A stretch of 60,828 bases of DNA, counting the filler. It is 4 parts of 4 records of this genome, joined end to end, with 100 filler letters (N's around TTAATTAATTAA, not from the genome) between each part and the next. Parts side by side here need not be neighbours in the genome. Positions count along the whole stretch, not along the records: positions 42,555 to 55,118 come from SRR20825006_535; 3 more parts are not named here. The stretch is one strand, 5' to 3'. This document shows positions 42,555 to 51,674 of the stretch, piece after piece; position 1 is the stretch's first letter, and every line of letters begins with the position of its first letter. Made by a program: the position numbers and the translations under genes. The notes under the pieces are model-generated. The model worked only from the letters and a program-made list of their open reading frames with translations. It was not told where the DNA came from and ran no database searches.

Positions 42555-44615
42555 TGTCCGATCTGCGGCATGGCGCTTGAACCGTTGTTGCCCTCGGCCG
42601 ACGCGGGCCCAAACCCTGAACTGATCGATTTCACCAAGCGATTCTGGGTTGGTGCGATCCTGACTCTACCCGTTCTGGTTTTGGCCATGGGGCCACACTT
42701 AGGCATACCGGTTCGCGAATGGCTCGGCGAACAGATGGCGAGTTGGGCTGAACTCGTTCTGGCAACGCCGGTCATACTCTGGTCCGGCTGGCCATTTTTC
42801 GTGCGTGGCTGGAAATCGTTCCTCTCCCGAAACCTGAACATGTTTTCCCTGATCGCACTCGGTGTCGGGGCGGCATATGGTTTCAGTTTGATTGCAACGA
42901 TTCTGCCACAGACGTTCCCCGATGGCTTCAGAAACAGTGACGGGTCGGTCGGTGTCTATTACGAGGCCGGAGCGGTCATCGTGATTCTGGTTCTACTCGG
43001 TCAGATCATGGAACTGTCCGCTCGAGAAAAGACGTCGGGAGCAATCAAAGCCCTGCTGAGCCTTGCGGCAAAGACTGCGATCATTGTCCGGGACGATGGA
43101 ACAGAGGAAGAGATTGATCTTGATCAAGTGGTCGTCGGCAACCGGTTACGCGTCCGACCGGGAGAAAAGGTTCCCGTCGATGGCGTCGTCCATGAAGGTC
43201 GCACATCGATTGACGAGTCGATGATCTCCGGCGAGTCTATTCCCACGGAGAAATCATCCGGAGACACCGTGACCGGCGCGACGATCAACCAGTCGGGTTC
43301 GATCATCATGGAAGCGCGTCGCGTCGGCAAGGACACCCTGCTCAGCCAAATCGTCGACATGGTGAGTCAGGCGCAACGCAGCAGAGCGCCGATTCAGCGG
43401 CTAGCTGACACCGTGGCCGGATGGTTTGTCCCTGCTGTCATCTTGATAGCGGCCACGGCTTTTGCTGCTTGGTCAATATGGGGCCCGCCACCGGCCATGG
43501 CCTATGCATTGGTTGTCGCCGTTTCGGTGCTGATCATTGCTTGCCCCTGTGCGCTCGGGCTCGCAACGCCGATGTCCATCATGACTGCGACGGGCCGAGG
43601 CGCAGAAGCTGGCGTGCTTATCAAGAACGCCGAGGCTCTCGAACGGTTTTCCGCTGTCTCTATACTGGTTGTGGACAAGACGGGCACTCTGACCGAGGGG
43701 CGCCCAAAGCTGGTTGCTGTGGAAACTGCGGAAGGATTTGACGAAACTGAGCTTCTGACGCTCGCGGCAAGCCTGGAGCGCGGCTCGGAACACCCCCTTG
43801 CCGAAGCCATCGTGAAGGGCGCAAAGGAAAGAGGTCTTACTCTACGCTCTGTCGGTGAGTTTGAAGCAATCACGGGTATGGGGGTGGTCGGCAGTATCGA
43901 CGGAACTGAGGTCGCTCTCGGCAACGAAAGACTTCTTTCAAAACGAAACATTGAAACCGGAGAACTGGGCGAGGCGATCAAGGCCCGTCAAAATGACGGC
44001 GAGACAGTGATGTTCGTCGTAATTGACAAAAAGGCGGCCGGTCTTATCGCAGTGGCAGACCCGATAAAGGAAACTACACCGGCAGCACTCAAGGCGCTGC
44101 GGGATGCCGGGCTACGGATTCTTATGGCGACTGGCGACAACGCCAGGACCGCGAAAGCGGTCGCCGATCGCCTTGGAATTGCGGAGTTTCGCGCTGATGT
44201 CTTGCCGGAAGACAAGGTCAACATCGTCCGGGAGCACCAAGGGCAGGGCCAAAAGGTTGCAATGGCTGGCGACGGTGTGAACGACGCGCCGGCGCTGGCA
44301 CAGGCGGATGTCGGCATTGCAATGGGTACCGGAGCCGATGTTGCAATCGAGAGCGCTGGATTCACGCTGGTAAAGGGCGATCTACAGGGCATCGTACGAG
44401 CGCGTCACCTGTCGACGGCGACGATGCGAAATATCCGTCAAAACCTGTTCTTTGCCTTTATCTACAACGCAGCCGGCGTGCCGATCGCTGCGGGTGTGCT
44501 CTATCCTGTTTTTGGGATTCTGTTGTCACCAATCCTTGCGGCGGCGGCCATGAGCCTTTCGTCGCTTTCCGTGGTCGGCAACGCGCTGCGTCTCAAACGA
44601 GTCCGGCTAAAGTAA
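42555..44615 (+). CDS. copA: Cu(I)/Ag(I)-translocating P1B-type ATPase, 5' truncated
   Basis: [10 protein letters not shown] at the contig start; [22 protein letters not shown] and MSLSS. Confidence 0.95.
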   Translation, partial: CPICGMALEPLLPSADAGPNPELIDFTKRFWVGAILTLPVLVLAMGPHLGIPVREWLGEQMASWAELVLATPVILWSGWPFFVRGWKSFLSRNLNMFSLIALGVGAAYGFSLIATILPQTFPDGFRNSDGSVGVYYEAGAVIVILVLLGQIMELSAREKTSGAIKALLSLAAKTAIIVRDDGTEEEIDLDQVVVGNRLRVRPGEKVPVDGVVHEGRTSIDESMISGESIPTEKSSGDTVTGATINQSGSIIMEARRVGKDTLLSQIVDMVSQAQRSRAPIQRLADTVAGWFVPAVILIAATAFAAWSIWGPPPAMAYALVVAVSVLIIACPCALGLATPMSIMTATGRGAEAGVLIKNAEALERFSAVSILVVDKTGTLTEGRPKLVAVETAEGFDETELLTLAASLERGSEHPLAEAIVKGAKERGLTLRSVGEFEAITGMGVVGSIDGTEVALGNERLLSKRNIETGELGEAIKARQNDGETVMFVVIDKKAAGLIAVADPIKETTPAALKALRDAGLRILMATGDNARTAKAVADRLGIAEFRADVLPEDKVNIVREHQGQGQKVAMAGDGVNDAPALAQADVGIAMGTGADVAIESAGFTLVKGDLQGIVRARHLSTATMRNIRQNLFFAFIYNAAGVPIAAGVLYPVFGILLSPILAAAAMSLSSLSVVGNALRLKRVRLK

Positions 44616-44673
44616 GGCTACGTGGCACCTTACTGGGCCGCACACACCGGCGCTTACAGCTCGTGAGGAAAAA

Positions 44674-45099
44674 ATGAGCATTCTCAAGAATATAGGTCAA
44701 GCATCAAGGGCGTCGAACCTGCCGGTCAAGACAATCCGCTACTATGAGGATATCGGTTTGGTTGTGGCTCCACGCTCCGAGAACGGTTACCGGCAGTATG
44801 GAGACATCGAGATCCACAAATTGCGCTTTGTTCAAAGAGCCCGGAGTCTTGGTTTCTGCGTCGATGATTGTCGAACGCTTCTGTCGCTTTATGAGGACTC
44901 GGGGAGGAGCAGTGCCGACGTGAAGAGACTTGCCCAGAAAAACCTGGATGAGATCGAGGTGAAGATCGTCGAATTGAGAAATCTCCGTGAGGTTCTTGTT
45001 CACCTTCTCGATCATTGCGCTGGGGACGATCGCCCTGAATGTCCGATTATCAACGATCTTTCCGGCGACGGTAGCTCCGGGAACCTTATACGTCACTAG
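44674..45099 (+). CDS. cueR: Cu(I)-responsive MerR-family regulator
   Basis: KTIRYYEDIGL, NGYRQY, metal loop CAGDDRPECPII. Confidence 0.93.
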   Translation: MSILKNIGQASRASNLPVKTIRYYEDIGLVVAPRSENGYRQYGDIEIHKLRFVQRARSLGFCVDDCRTLLSLYEDSGRSSADVKRLAQKNLDEIEVKIVELRNLREVLVHLLDHCAGDDRPECPIINDLSGDGSSGNLIRH

Positions 45100-45124
45100 G
45101 CTCACGCACACGGGAGGACAAAAC

Positions 45125-45433
45125 ATGCTAATCCGACAAGGTATCTGCAGCCTAACTGCTTTAGCTGGATCAGCGGCCCTCGCGCGCACCGCGACAGCAG
45201 CTCCAGGCGACGGTTTCTACGGCGAACACATGATATACGGCGGCTGGTTCATGGGGCCATTCATGATGCTGGTCGCGCTTGGACTGATCATTGTCGCAAT
45301 TGTTGTCGTCAGCCGCTTGTTCGGGTCTGGAAGCAGTGCCGGCTCCGCCTTGCGCATCCTTGAAGAGCGTTTCGCACGAGGGGAAATCGACAGAGAAGAG
45401 TTCGAGGATCGAAAGAAGGCTCTTTCGCGGTGA
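45125..45433 (+). CDS. SHOCT-domain membrane protein
   Basis: TM helix then ALRILEERFARGEIDREEFEDRKKAL; SD GGGAGGA. Confidence 0.85.
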   Translation: MLIRQGICSLTALAGSAALARTATAAPGDGFYGEHMIYGGWFMGPFMMLVALGLIIVAIVVVSRLFGSGSSAGSALRILEERFARGEIDREEFEDRKKALSR

Positions 45434-45909
45434 AAGCCCGAAACATCGTACTCGGGGCCGCTGCGATCGTCGCGATTATCGGAACCGGCTTGGCCGCTTT
45501 TTATTGGCAGGGACAGAACAATACGTCGGCCCCCGCGTTGGATACCAACAATCCGGAACTCGTGACCGCCGGGAAAATCATCTACGCCGAACATTGCGCA
45601 GTTTGCCACGGACAGAATCTGGAGGGGCAGCCGTCCTGGAGACAAAGAAGAGCGGACGGGCGGCTACCCGCACCGCCTCACGATAAGAGCGGCCATACGT
45701 GGCATCACCCGGATCGCATCATCTTCGAACTGACAAAATTCGGTCCGACCGTTTTGGTGGGTAACGGATACGAGAGCGACATGCCCGGCTTTGACGAGAT
45801 CCTCGACGATCGAAGCATCGTCGCCGTGCTGTCTTTCATCAAGAGTACCTGGCCACGGGAAATTCAGCAAAGGCAACAGAAAGTCACGCGTTCGGACAAG
45901 GGAGAATAA
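45430..45909 (+). CDS. Monoheme c-type cytochrome
   Basis: CAVCH, PAPPHD.SGHTWHH, MPGF axial Met; N-terminal anchor. Confidence 0.9.
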   Translation: MKARNIVLGAAAIVAIIGTGLAAFYWQGQNNTSAPALDTNNPELVTAGKIIYAEHCAVCHGQNLEGQPSWRQRRADGRLPAPPHDKSGHTWHHPDRIIFELTKFGPTVLVGNGYESDMPGFDEILDDRSIVAVLSFIKSTWPREIQQRQQKVTRSDKGE

Positions 45910-45910
45910 T

Positions 45911-46276
45911 ATGCGAGTCCTTACATCGACTGCGATTGCGTTAGTGGTTCTGTCCACTTCCGCATGGAGTCAGGAGGTCAGACAACCAGACCTGAAAGGT
46001 GCGGCAGTATTTGGGAAAATCGCTTACGACAAATTCTGCGCAGCATGCCATGGAATAAATGGCGTGGGGACCGACAAGGGTCCTCCATTCCTGCATCGTG
46101 TATATGCGGCGGGCCACCATAGCGACGAATCCTTCTATCTCGCAGCCCTACGCGGCGCACGAGCCCATCATTGGCGGTTCGGAGATATGAAGCCCGTTAA
46201 TGGCGTGACCGAGAAGCAAGTCGAGATGATCGTTAAGTACGTTCGCGCTCTGCAACTTGCAAACGGGATCCGGTGA
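45911..46276 (+). CDS. Monoheme c-type cytochrome
   Basis: Signal peptide, CAACH, GHHSD, AHHWRFGDM; SD GGAG. Confidence 0.9.
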   Translation: MRVLTSTAIALVVLSTSAWSQEVRQPDLKGAAVFGKIAYDKFCAACHGINGVGTDKGPPFLHRVYAAGHHSDESFYLAALRGARAHHWRFGDMKPVNGVTEKQVEMIVKYVRALQLANGIR

Positions 46277-46317
46277 GAGAATGGGGGGTAGCGAAAGTGT
46301 TTCTGTACGCTTTCTTC

Positions 46318-46331
46318 TTGATCTGGATCAA
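46318..46331 (+). promoter_or_regulatory. Perfect FNR/FixK/FnrL box
   Basis: TTGAT-CTGG-ATCAA, intergenic, centred about 58 nt upstream of ATG 46383. Confidence 0.75.
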
Positions 46332-46382
46332 GGCACCAAACGCTGAGATTGTCCAAGGTACTCGAAAATAGGAAGATAGAGA

Positions 46383-46748
46383 ATGCTTGGCATTTTTGGC
46401 AGACAGAGAGCTTATTGGGCGGCACCACTTTTCGTCGCAATGGCCTTTCTGTCTCTAATTGCCAACAAAGCTGTCGTGATCGATCCGTGGGAATCCCAAG
46501 CGCATCATACCGAGTTGACCGTGCAGGATTTTGACGAACAGGACACTGATTCAGAAAACACTTCTCCCTCCGATCCGGAGGTGCGTTGTCATCTCACATT
46601 CGCTTGTCTGACTTTTATTGTCGCGAATGATGTTTTGCGGCTTTTCCATTTTATTTCGAGACATTTCCATTCCCAGTCGAATTTCCTTGGTGACGGATTG
46701 GCTGTGACTGGCTTGCTCAGGCCGCCATCGTTGAGCAAATCGGTCTAA
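46383..46748 (+). CDS. Small exported protein, CutF/CruR (DUF2946)-like candidate leader
   Basis: Hydrophobic N-terminus, HH plus acidic linker, C-H-x4-C, C-terminal LLRPP. Confidence 0.55.
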   Translation: MLGIFGRQRAYWAAPLFVAMAFLSLIANKAVVIDPWESQAHHTELTVQDFDEQDTDSENTSPSDPEVRCHLTFACLTFIVANDVLRLFHFISRHFHSQSNFLGDGLAVTGLLRPPSLSKSV

Positions 46749-46917
46749 TGGCTTTTCCGAAGGCTTGGCCAATTGGCGAGCCGTTTGATGGGGCTAAGGC
46801 GTGCCTCCGTAATTCCGGGCCGCCTGGTCTCTGCCAAACAATCTGAAAAATATTCAAGCGCCTGATCTCTCTGGGGGTGACCTCCGAGGGTCATGACCAG
46901 AATCCATGGAGAGAACG

Positions 46918-48054
46918 ATGTCGTCGAGATTTTCTCAGCGATCCCGGTGCTGTCTCGTGACAGCGAATTCCTTTGCTAACGCTTTCTCATCTCACCTGAA
47001 AGTCCCATTCTGTATGCCATTTGGGGCGATCATTGTTACCGCTATCCTGAGCTTCACCTCCAGTATGGTTTATGCCCAGACAATTTATATCCCGGAAGGG
47101 AGCGCGAATTCGGTTCTCGTTGTCGATGGTGCAAACGGATCTACGATCCGCCGAATTGACGGATTGGAAGCGGTCCACGGTCTGTCTGGAACAGCGAATT
47201 CCGGCGTTCTCGTCGCCGGAAGCCTTATAGAAACGGACAAGCCCGTGGAGGCTCCAGCTTCCGTAACTGCTGACGAGCATACTGCTCATCATGGGGCCTC
47301 TGGAAAAGCGATCGGGCCAGACATTGCAGGTATCAGCATCCTCTCCATCATCGACCGAGCTTCAGGAACTATCATTCGTCGATTAGAAGTTCCCGGTGCA
47401 GTACATCACACGGCGATGTCCCCAGATGGCCGCTACGCAGTTGCCACCCATCCCGGGGCCGACGGCATCTCTATAATCGATTTGAGCAACTATGAGGTCA
47501 CCGGATGGGTTCCAACCGGCCCGATGCCTAATTACGCAATCATTGACCAGTCATCCCAAACGGCTTTTGTGACGAACACCGGGAACGGGACTGTAAGCGA
47601 AGTCGATCTTGCGCGCGCATTTGTTAGGCGCAATTTTCTCGCGGGAGAAGCGCCTGAGCATATGGCGTACGGACTGGGTACCGGAACTCTTTACATCGCA
47701 GATGCCGGGACAGGCCGCGTCATCGAGCTGGATGTCAACACCGGTAAAGTTCTCCGAGACATTGCCATCGATAGTGAAGTTCACGGTCTCGATCTGTCAG
47801 ATGACGGAGAACGTCTGTTTGTCGCAGTTACAGGAAGTGATGCCGTTGCGTCCATAAACCTAAAATCAGGCTCGATTGCGACCTACCCTCTTGGTTCCGA
47901 ACCATATCACGTGACCACGATTCCGAATTCTGGTCAGGCTCTAGTCTCGTCCAGGGCTAACCCAGAAGCTTGGGTGGTCGACATCTCGAGCGGCGCAGTG
48001 GTCAAGAGGTTCCAACTCTCCGGCGTAGGGCATCAAATGGTCGTAGTCAGATGA
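46918..48054 (+). CDS. YncE/YVTN-like beta-propeller protein, His-rich
   Basis: Repeated blades (SPDGRY, GPMPNY, GTVSEVD, SDDGERLFV), signal-like segment; start uncertain (46906, 46918 or 47014). Confidence 0.8.
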   Translation: MSSRFSQRSRCCLVTANSFANAFSSHLKVPFCMPFGAIIVTAILSFTSSMVYAQTIYIPEGSANSVLVVDGANGSTIRRIDGLEAVHGLSGTANSGVLVAGSLIETDKPVEAPASVTADEHTAHHGASGKAIGPDIAGISILSIIDRASGTIIRRLEVPGAVHHTAMSPDGRYAVATHPGADGISIIDLSNYEVTGWVPTGPMPNYAIIDQSSQTAFVTNTGNGTVSEVDLARAFVRRNFLAGEAPEHMAYGLGTGTLYIADAGTGRVIELDVNTGKVLRDIAIDSEVHGLDLSDDGERLFVAVTGSDAVASINLKSGSIATYPLGSEPYHVTTIPNSGQALVSSRANPEAWVVDISSGAVVKRFQLSGVGHQMVVVR

Positions 48055-48142
48055 ATGGTGGCTTCGATACCGGATCTACTCTTCCTCAGTTACTCGAAGC
48101 ACATTGAACGACAGCCTCGGAGCTGTCGGTTGGATGGTATAA

Positions 48143-48430
48143 ATGATCTCCTTGTTTAATCGCAGGTCTATTGCTTACGCAGGATTTATTCTAATCGCCG
48201 GATACTTCCTCTGGACAGAGCACTCGGCCCACATTCAGTTAGCCGTACCCTACCTCCCCTACCTCCTACTTCTTGTATGTCCGTTGCTTCATGTTTTCAT
48301 GCATGGAGGACACGGTCACCGGCACGGCAACGAAGCTCCGGCCGATTCCGATCACAGCCCCGGATCGAAAAAAGGAAACGAAACACCGAGATCATTCGGT
48401 GAACAAGCTGGGGAGCGGAATAATGACTGA
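48143..48430 (+). CDS. DUF2933 membrane protein
   Basis: YFLWTEH.AH; LLLLVCPLLHVFMHGGHGH. Confidence 0.88.
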   Translation: MISLFNRRSIAYAGFILIAGYFLWTEHSAHIQLAVPYLPYLLLLVCPLLHVFMHGGHGHRHGNEAPADSDHSPGSKKGNETPRSFGEQAGERNND

Positions 48431-49088
48431 GCCGCAGGCTGACTACGGATTGTGGTCATTGGTGATCATCAATTCGGCCGTGTTTATCATTTTCGCTTTC
48501 AGCTTCTTCAAGCCGCAGACGAAACGCGACTGGAGGTCTTTTGGTGCCTTCAGCGCCTTTTTGATCGCTCTATTCACGGAGATGTACGGGTTTCCTCTGA
48601 CCATCTACCTGCTGTCAGGCTGGCTGCAGAGCGCCTATCCGAATATCAACTGGCTCGCTCATGATTCGGGGCATCTCCCGGAAATGATATTCGGCTGGGA
48701 AAACAACCCCCATTTTGGGCCGTTCCACCTTCTAAGTTTTCTCTTGCTCGGCATCGGCTTCCTTCTCCTGTCAGCAGCATGGCCCGCCCTCCATCAGGCG
48801 CAAAAGGAGGGAAGGCTCGCCGTAGCCGGTCTCTATGCGCGTATCCGGCATCCTCAGTATGTCGGTTTCGTCGCAATCCTGACCGGGTTTCTCGTCCAAT
48901 GGCCGACGCTACTCACCATCGCGATGTATCCCGTACTGCTGTTCATGTATTGGCGCCTGTCACTGTCGGAAGAAAAGGCCGCCGAAGCCACCTTCGGCGA
49001 AGAATACCGCCGCTATGCCGAACGGACACCCCGTTTCATCCCACGCTTCGGAGATCCGCTTCCATCGAGTGGAGGCCCTCAAAATTGA
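48423..49088 (+). CDS. Isoprenylcysteine carboxyl methyltransferase (ICMT/PEMT) family
   Basis: EMYGFPLT, GLYARIRHPQY, EE...FGEEYRRY...PRFIP. Confidence 0.9.
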   Translation: MTEPQADYGLWSLVIINSAVFIIFAFSFFKPQTKRDWRSFGAFSAFLIALFTEMYGFPLTIYLLSGWLQSAYPNINWLAHDSGHLPEMIFGWENNPHFGPFHLLSFLLLGIGFLLLSAAWPALHQAQKEGRLAVAGLYARIRHPQYVGFVAILTGFLVQWPTLLTIAMYPVLLFMYWRLSLSEEKAAEATFGEEYRRYAERTPRFIPRFGDPLPSSGGPQN

Positions 49089-49801
49089 CCTTCGGCTATC
49101 GCTTCACATTGCCGGTCAAACACATAGCTGCAACGGTCACGGTCATATCCATGGCCGGACTACTCTATGCGCTCGCCTCAGCGGTGCCTTGGTGGTCCGC
49201 CGACCAAATCGTGGTCAAGATCGCGGATACCGGTCAATGGGGTCCAGTGATTCTCATGCTCATCATGGCAGCCGCTGTCGTGTTCAGCCCCATACCAAGC
49301 GCCCCGATCACATTGGCGGCGGGAGCGGTCTACGGGCATCTATGGGGCACCATATACGCACTTGCTGGTGCCGAGATCGGCGCACTAATCGCATTCGAAC
49401 TCGCCAGACGGTTCGGGCGAGAACGGATTGGCCGCTGGATCGGGACGATCTCGCTTCCGCGAACGGTGAACTCCCAAGTCGGCCTCACCACGGTCGTATT
49501 TATCGCCCGCTTGCTGCCGGCTGTGTCCTTCGACGTGATCAGCTATGCCGCAGGCCTCACTCGCTTGGATCGGTCATGGTTTGCCCTCGCGACCGCCGCC
49601 GGGATGATACCGGCGACGTTCCTGCTGTCGCATACCGGCGCCGGTCTCAGGGCGATAGAAGATGACGGCATGGACATCCTTTTCAGTCTCACGGGGCTCG
49701 GACTCTTGTCGGGTATAGGCATCATTTTCGGTCTTTGGAGAACCAGGGCCGGAAGCCCAGAAACCTACGCGCAAACACTTGAGGAGAACTCGATCAAATG
49801 A
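49085..49801 (+). CDS. VTT/TVP38 (DedA-family) membrane protein
   Basis: SPIPSAP...AAGAVYG..WG, RLLP.VSFD.ISYAAG; TTG start overlapping the upstream stop is inferred. Confidence 0.85.
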   Translation: MTFGYRFTLPVKHIAATVTVISMAGLLYALASAVPWWSADQIVVKIADTGQWGPVILMLIMAAAVVFSPIPSAPITLAAGAVYGHLWGTIYALAGAEIGALIAFELARRFGRERIGRWIGTISLPRTVNSQVGLTTVVFIARLLPAVSFDVISYAAGLTRLDRSWFALATAAGMIPATFLLSHTGAGLRAIEDDGMDILFSLTGLGLLSGIGIIFGLWRTRAGSPETYAQTLEENSIK

Positions 49802-51135
49802 ACAGCGCCAAAAACGAAAAACGCGAAGCAAGCTATCAAGCCGACTCATTGTCACTCGGTGGCGCCGTCGCCATGGGAACCGGAGTCATGATCGGCGCCG
49901 GGATCTTCGCCTTGACGGGACAAATAGCAGAACTGGCAGGGCCTTTGTTTCCTCTGGCTTTCATCGTTGGGGCCATAATCACCGGGTTCAGCGCCTACAG
50001 TTACATCAGCATGTCGAACGCTTGGCCCTCTTCCGGCGGGATCGCAATGATCCTGCAAAAATGCTACGGACCGGGGGCAGTCGCCGCCGGCGCCGCGCTC
50101 CTAATGGCGCTGAGTATGGTTATCGCCGAGAGTCTCGTTGCGAGAACTTTCGCGACTTATGTGCTGCGCCCCTTCGATATCGCGGACGGACCGTTGGTGC
50201 CGATACTCGCGGTTGGGGTCATCGTGTTCGCATTTCTGATTAACATTGCCGGAAACCGGTCCGTGGGGTTGTTCTCGATCTTGATGGCCGCTGTCAAGAT
50301 CGGCGGTATTGCCCTGTTCGGGATCGCCGCACTCTGGTCAAGCGGCTTCAGCTTTGCAGCCTCTTCCTCCAATCCCGGAAGCTCGTTCGGCCCGATAGGT
50401 TTCGTCGCATCTGTAGCCTTGGCAATCCTAGCCTTTAAAGGATTCACGACCATCACCAATAGCGGTGCCGAAATCACGAACCCGCATCGCAATGTGGGCC
50501 GCGCTATCATGATCTCGATCGCGATTTGCGTGCTAACCTATCTTTTGGTCGCTTTCGGGGTCGGCTCGAGCTTAAGCCTCGACGAAATCATTGCTGCAAA
50601 GGACTATTCCCTAGCCGAAGCAGCCGAGCCGGCTTTTGGCAATACCGGCTTTTATATGACCGTGCTCCTCGCAGCCGTCGCCACTGTTTCAGGCGTCCTC
50701 GCAAGTGTCTTCGCCGTATCCCGCATGCTTGCCATGCTGACGGACATGAAGATGATCCCCCACAGCCATTTCGGCATGTCCGGGACAATCCAGCGACACA
50801 CGCTGGTCTACACCGTGGTGATCGCGTCGATCCTCGCTGTTTTCTTTGACCTGAGCCGGATTGCGTCACTCGGTGCATTCTTCTACCTCGTGATGGATAT
50901 GGTGGTGCATTGGGGTGTGTTCCGCTTCCGGCGCCACGAGACCGGAGCGTCGGCGCCGGTGTTGCTGCTGGCGCTCGGATTTGACGGCACCGTGCTTGCT
51001 GCATTCACTCTGATGAAGCTGGATACCGATCCAATGATCGTGTTTTACGCGGCCGGGGCGATTATCTCGGTCTTTGTCTTCGAGCGGTTCTATCTGGCTC
51101 GTTGGCTGGCTCCGCAAACCGAACACAGCCATTGA
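49798..51135 (+). CDS. APC-family permease
   Basis: GTGVMIGAGIF, AFKGF, SRML; many TM helices. Confidence 0.9.
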   Translation: MNSAKNEKREASYQADSLSLGGAVAMGTGVMIGAGIFALTGQIAELAGPLFPLAFIVGAIITGFSAYSYISMSNAWPSSGGIAMILQKCYGPGAVAAGAALLMALSMVIAESLVARTFATYVLRPFDIADGPLVPILAVGVIVFAFLINIAGNRSVGLFSILMAAVKIGGIALFGIAALWSSGFSFAASSSNPGSSFGPIGFVASVALAILAFKGFTTITNSGAEITNPHRNVGRAIMISIAICVLTYLLVAFGVGSSLSLDEIIAAKDYSLAEAAEPAFGNTGFYMTVLLAAVATVSGVLASVFAVSRMLAMLTDMKMIPHSHFGMSGTIQRHTLVYTVVIASILAVFFDLSRIASLGAFFYLVMDMVVHWGVFRFRRHETGASAPVLLLALGFDGTVLAAFTLMKLDTDPMIVFYAAGAIISVFVFERFYLARWLAPQTEHSH

Positions 51136-51209
51136 GGATGAGGCTTCGTGACAGGGCGACCCGCTAGGCCGAACGCTCCGCCTCCAAAGCCATCGACACC
51201 CGTTGAGCG

Positions 51210-51674
51210 TTACGGATGGGCGTGGGCGACGACGGGAATGCTGAAGCTGCGGAAGTGAAGGGTCAGATGAACCGTGTCGCCATGACTGATCGGTTCCCGG
51301 ACATCAAGCAGCACCGCTTCGACATGCGAGGTTCCGAGGTCCAGGCGTTCGCGATCCAGAATCGCCAGCTCGGGGACAGGGCTCATTCCGGTGATTGGAA
51401 AGCGCAGCCGCAAGGCACCGGACGACGCTGTGCCGGAACTCACCCCGGTGAGCGTGAGCGGCTGCCCGCTCTCATTCTCAATGGCGAACTTGACACGCGC
51501 CGAAGCCCCTTGCGTGGCAGGTTCGACGGAGAGCTGCTCAATGGAGATGGCATCGAAGACATCTTTGGAGATGTCCGCATTCGCTTGTCCGAAGCCCTCT
51601 GAAAACATCAGGGAGGCAAATATGGCGAGCCCGGCGCGGAGAGCCGGTTTTCCCTTGATGACATCCAGTCTCAT
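51210..51674 (-). CDS. PCuAC-like periplasmic protein (divergent copper chaperone)
   Basis: Signal peptide; IENESG.PLTLTGVSS and H..L..V...GDTVHLTLHF resemble the PCuAC fold; canonical H/M ligands incomplete. Confidence 0.6.
   Translation of the reverse strand: MRLDVIKGKPALRAGLAIFASLMFSEGFGQANADISKDVFDAISIEQLSVEPATQGASARVKFAIENESGQPLTLTGVSSGTASSGALRLRFPITGMSPVPELAILDRERLDLGTSHVEAVLLDVREPISHGDTVHLTLHFRSFSIPVVAHAHP

Noticed and set aside
11870-46276. The ccm operon as dedicated to the copper-island cytochromes
   Set aside because: Different contigs, possibly different organisms
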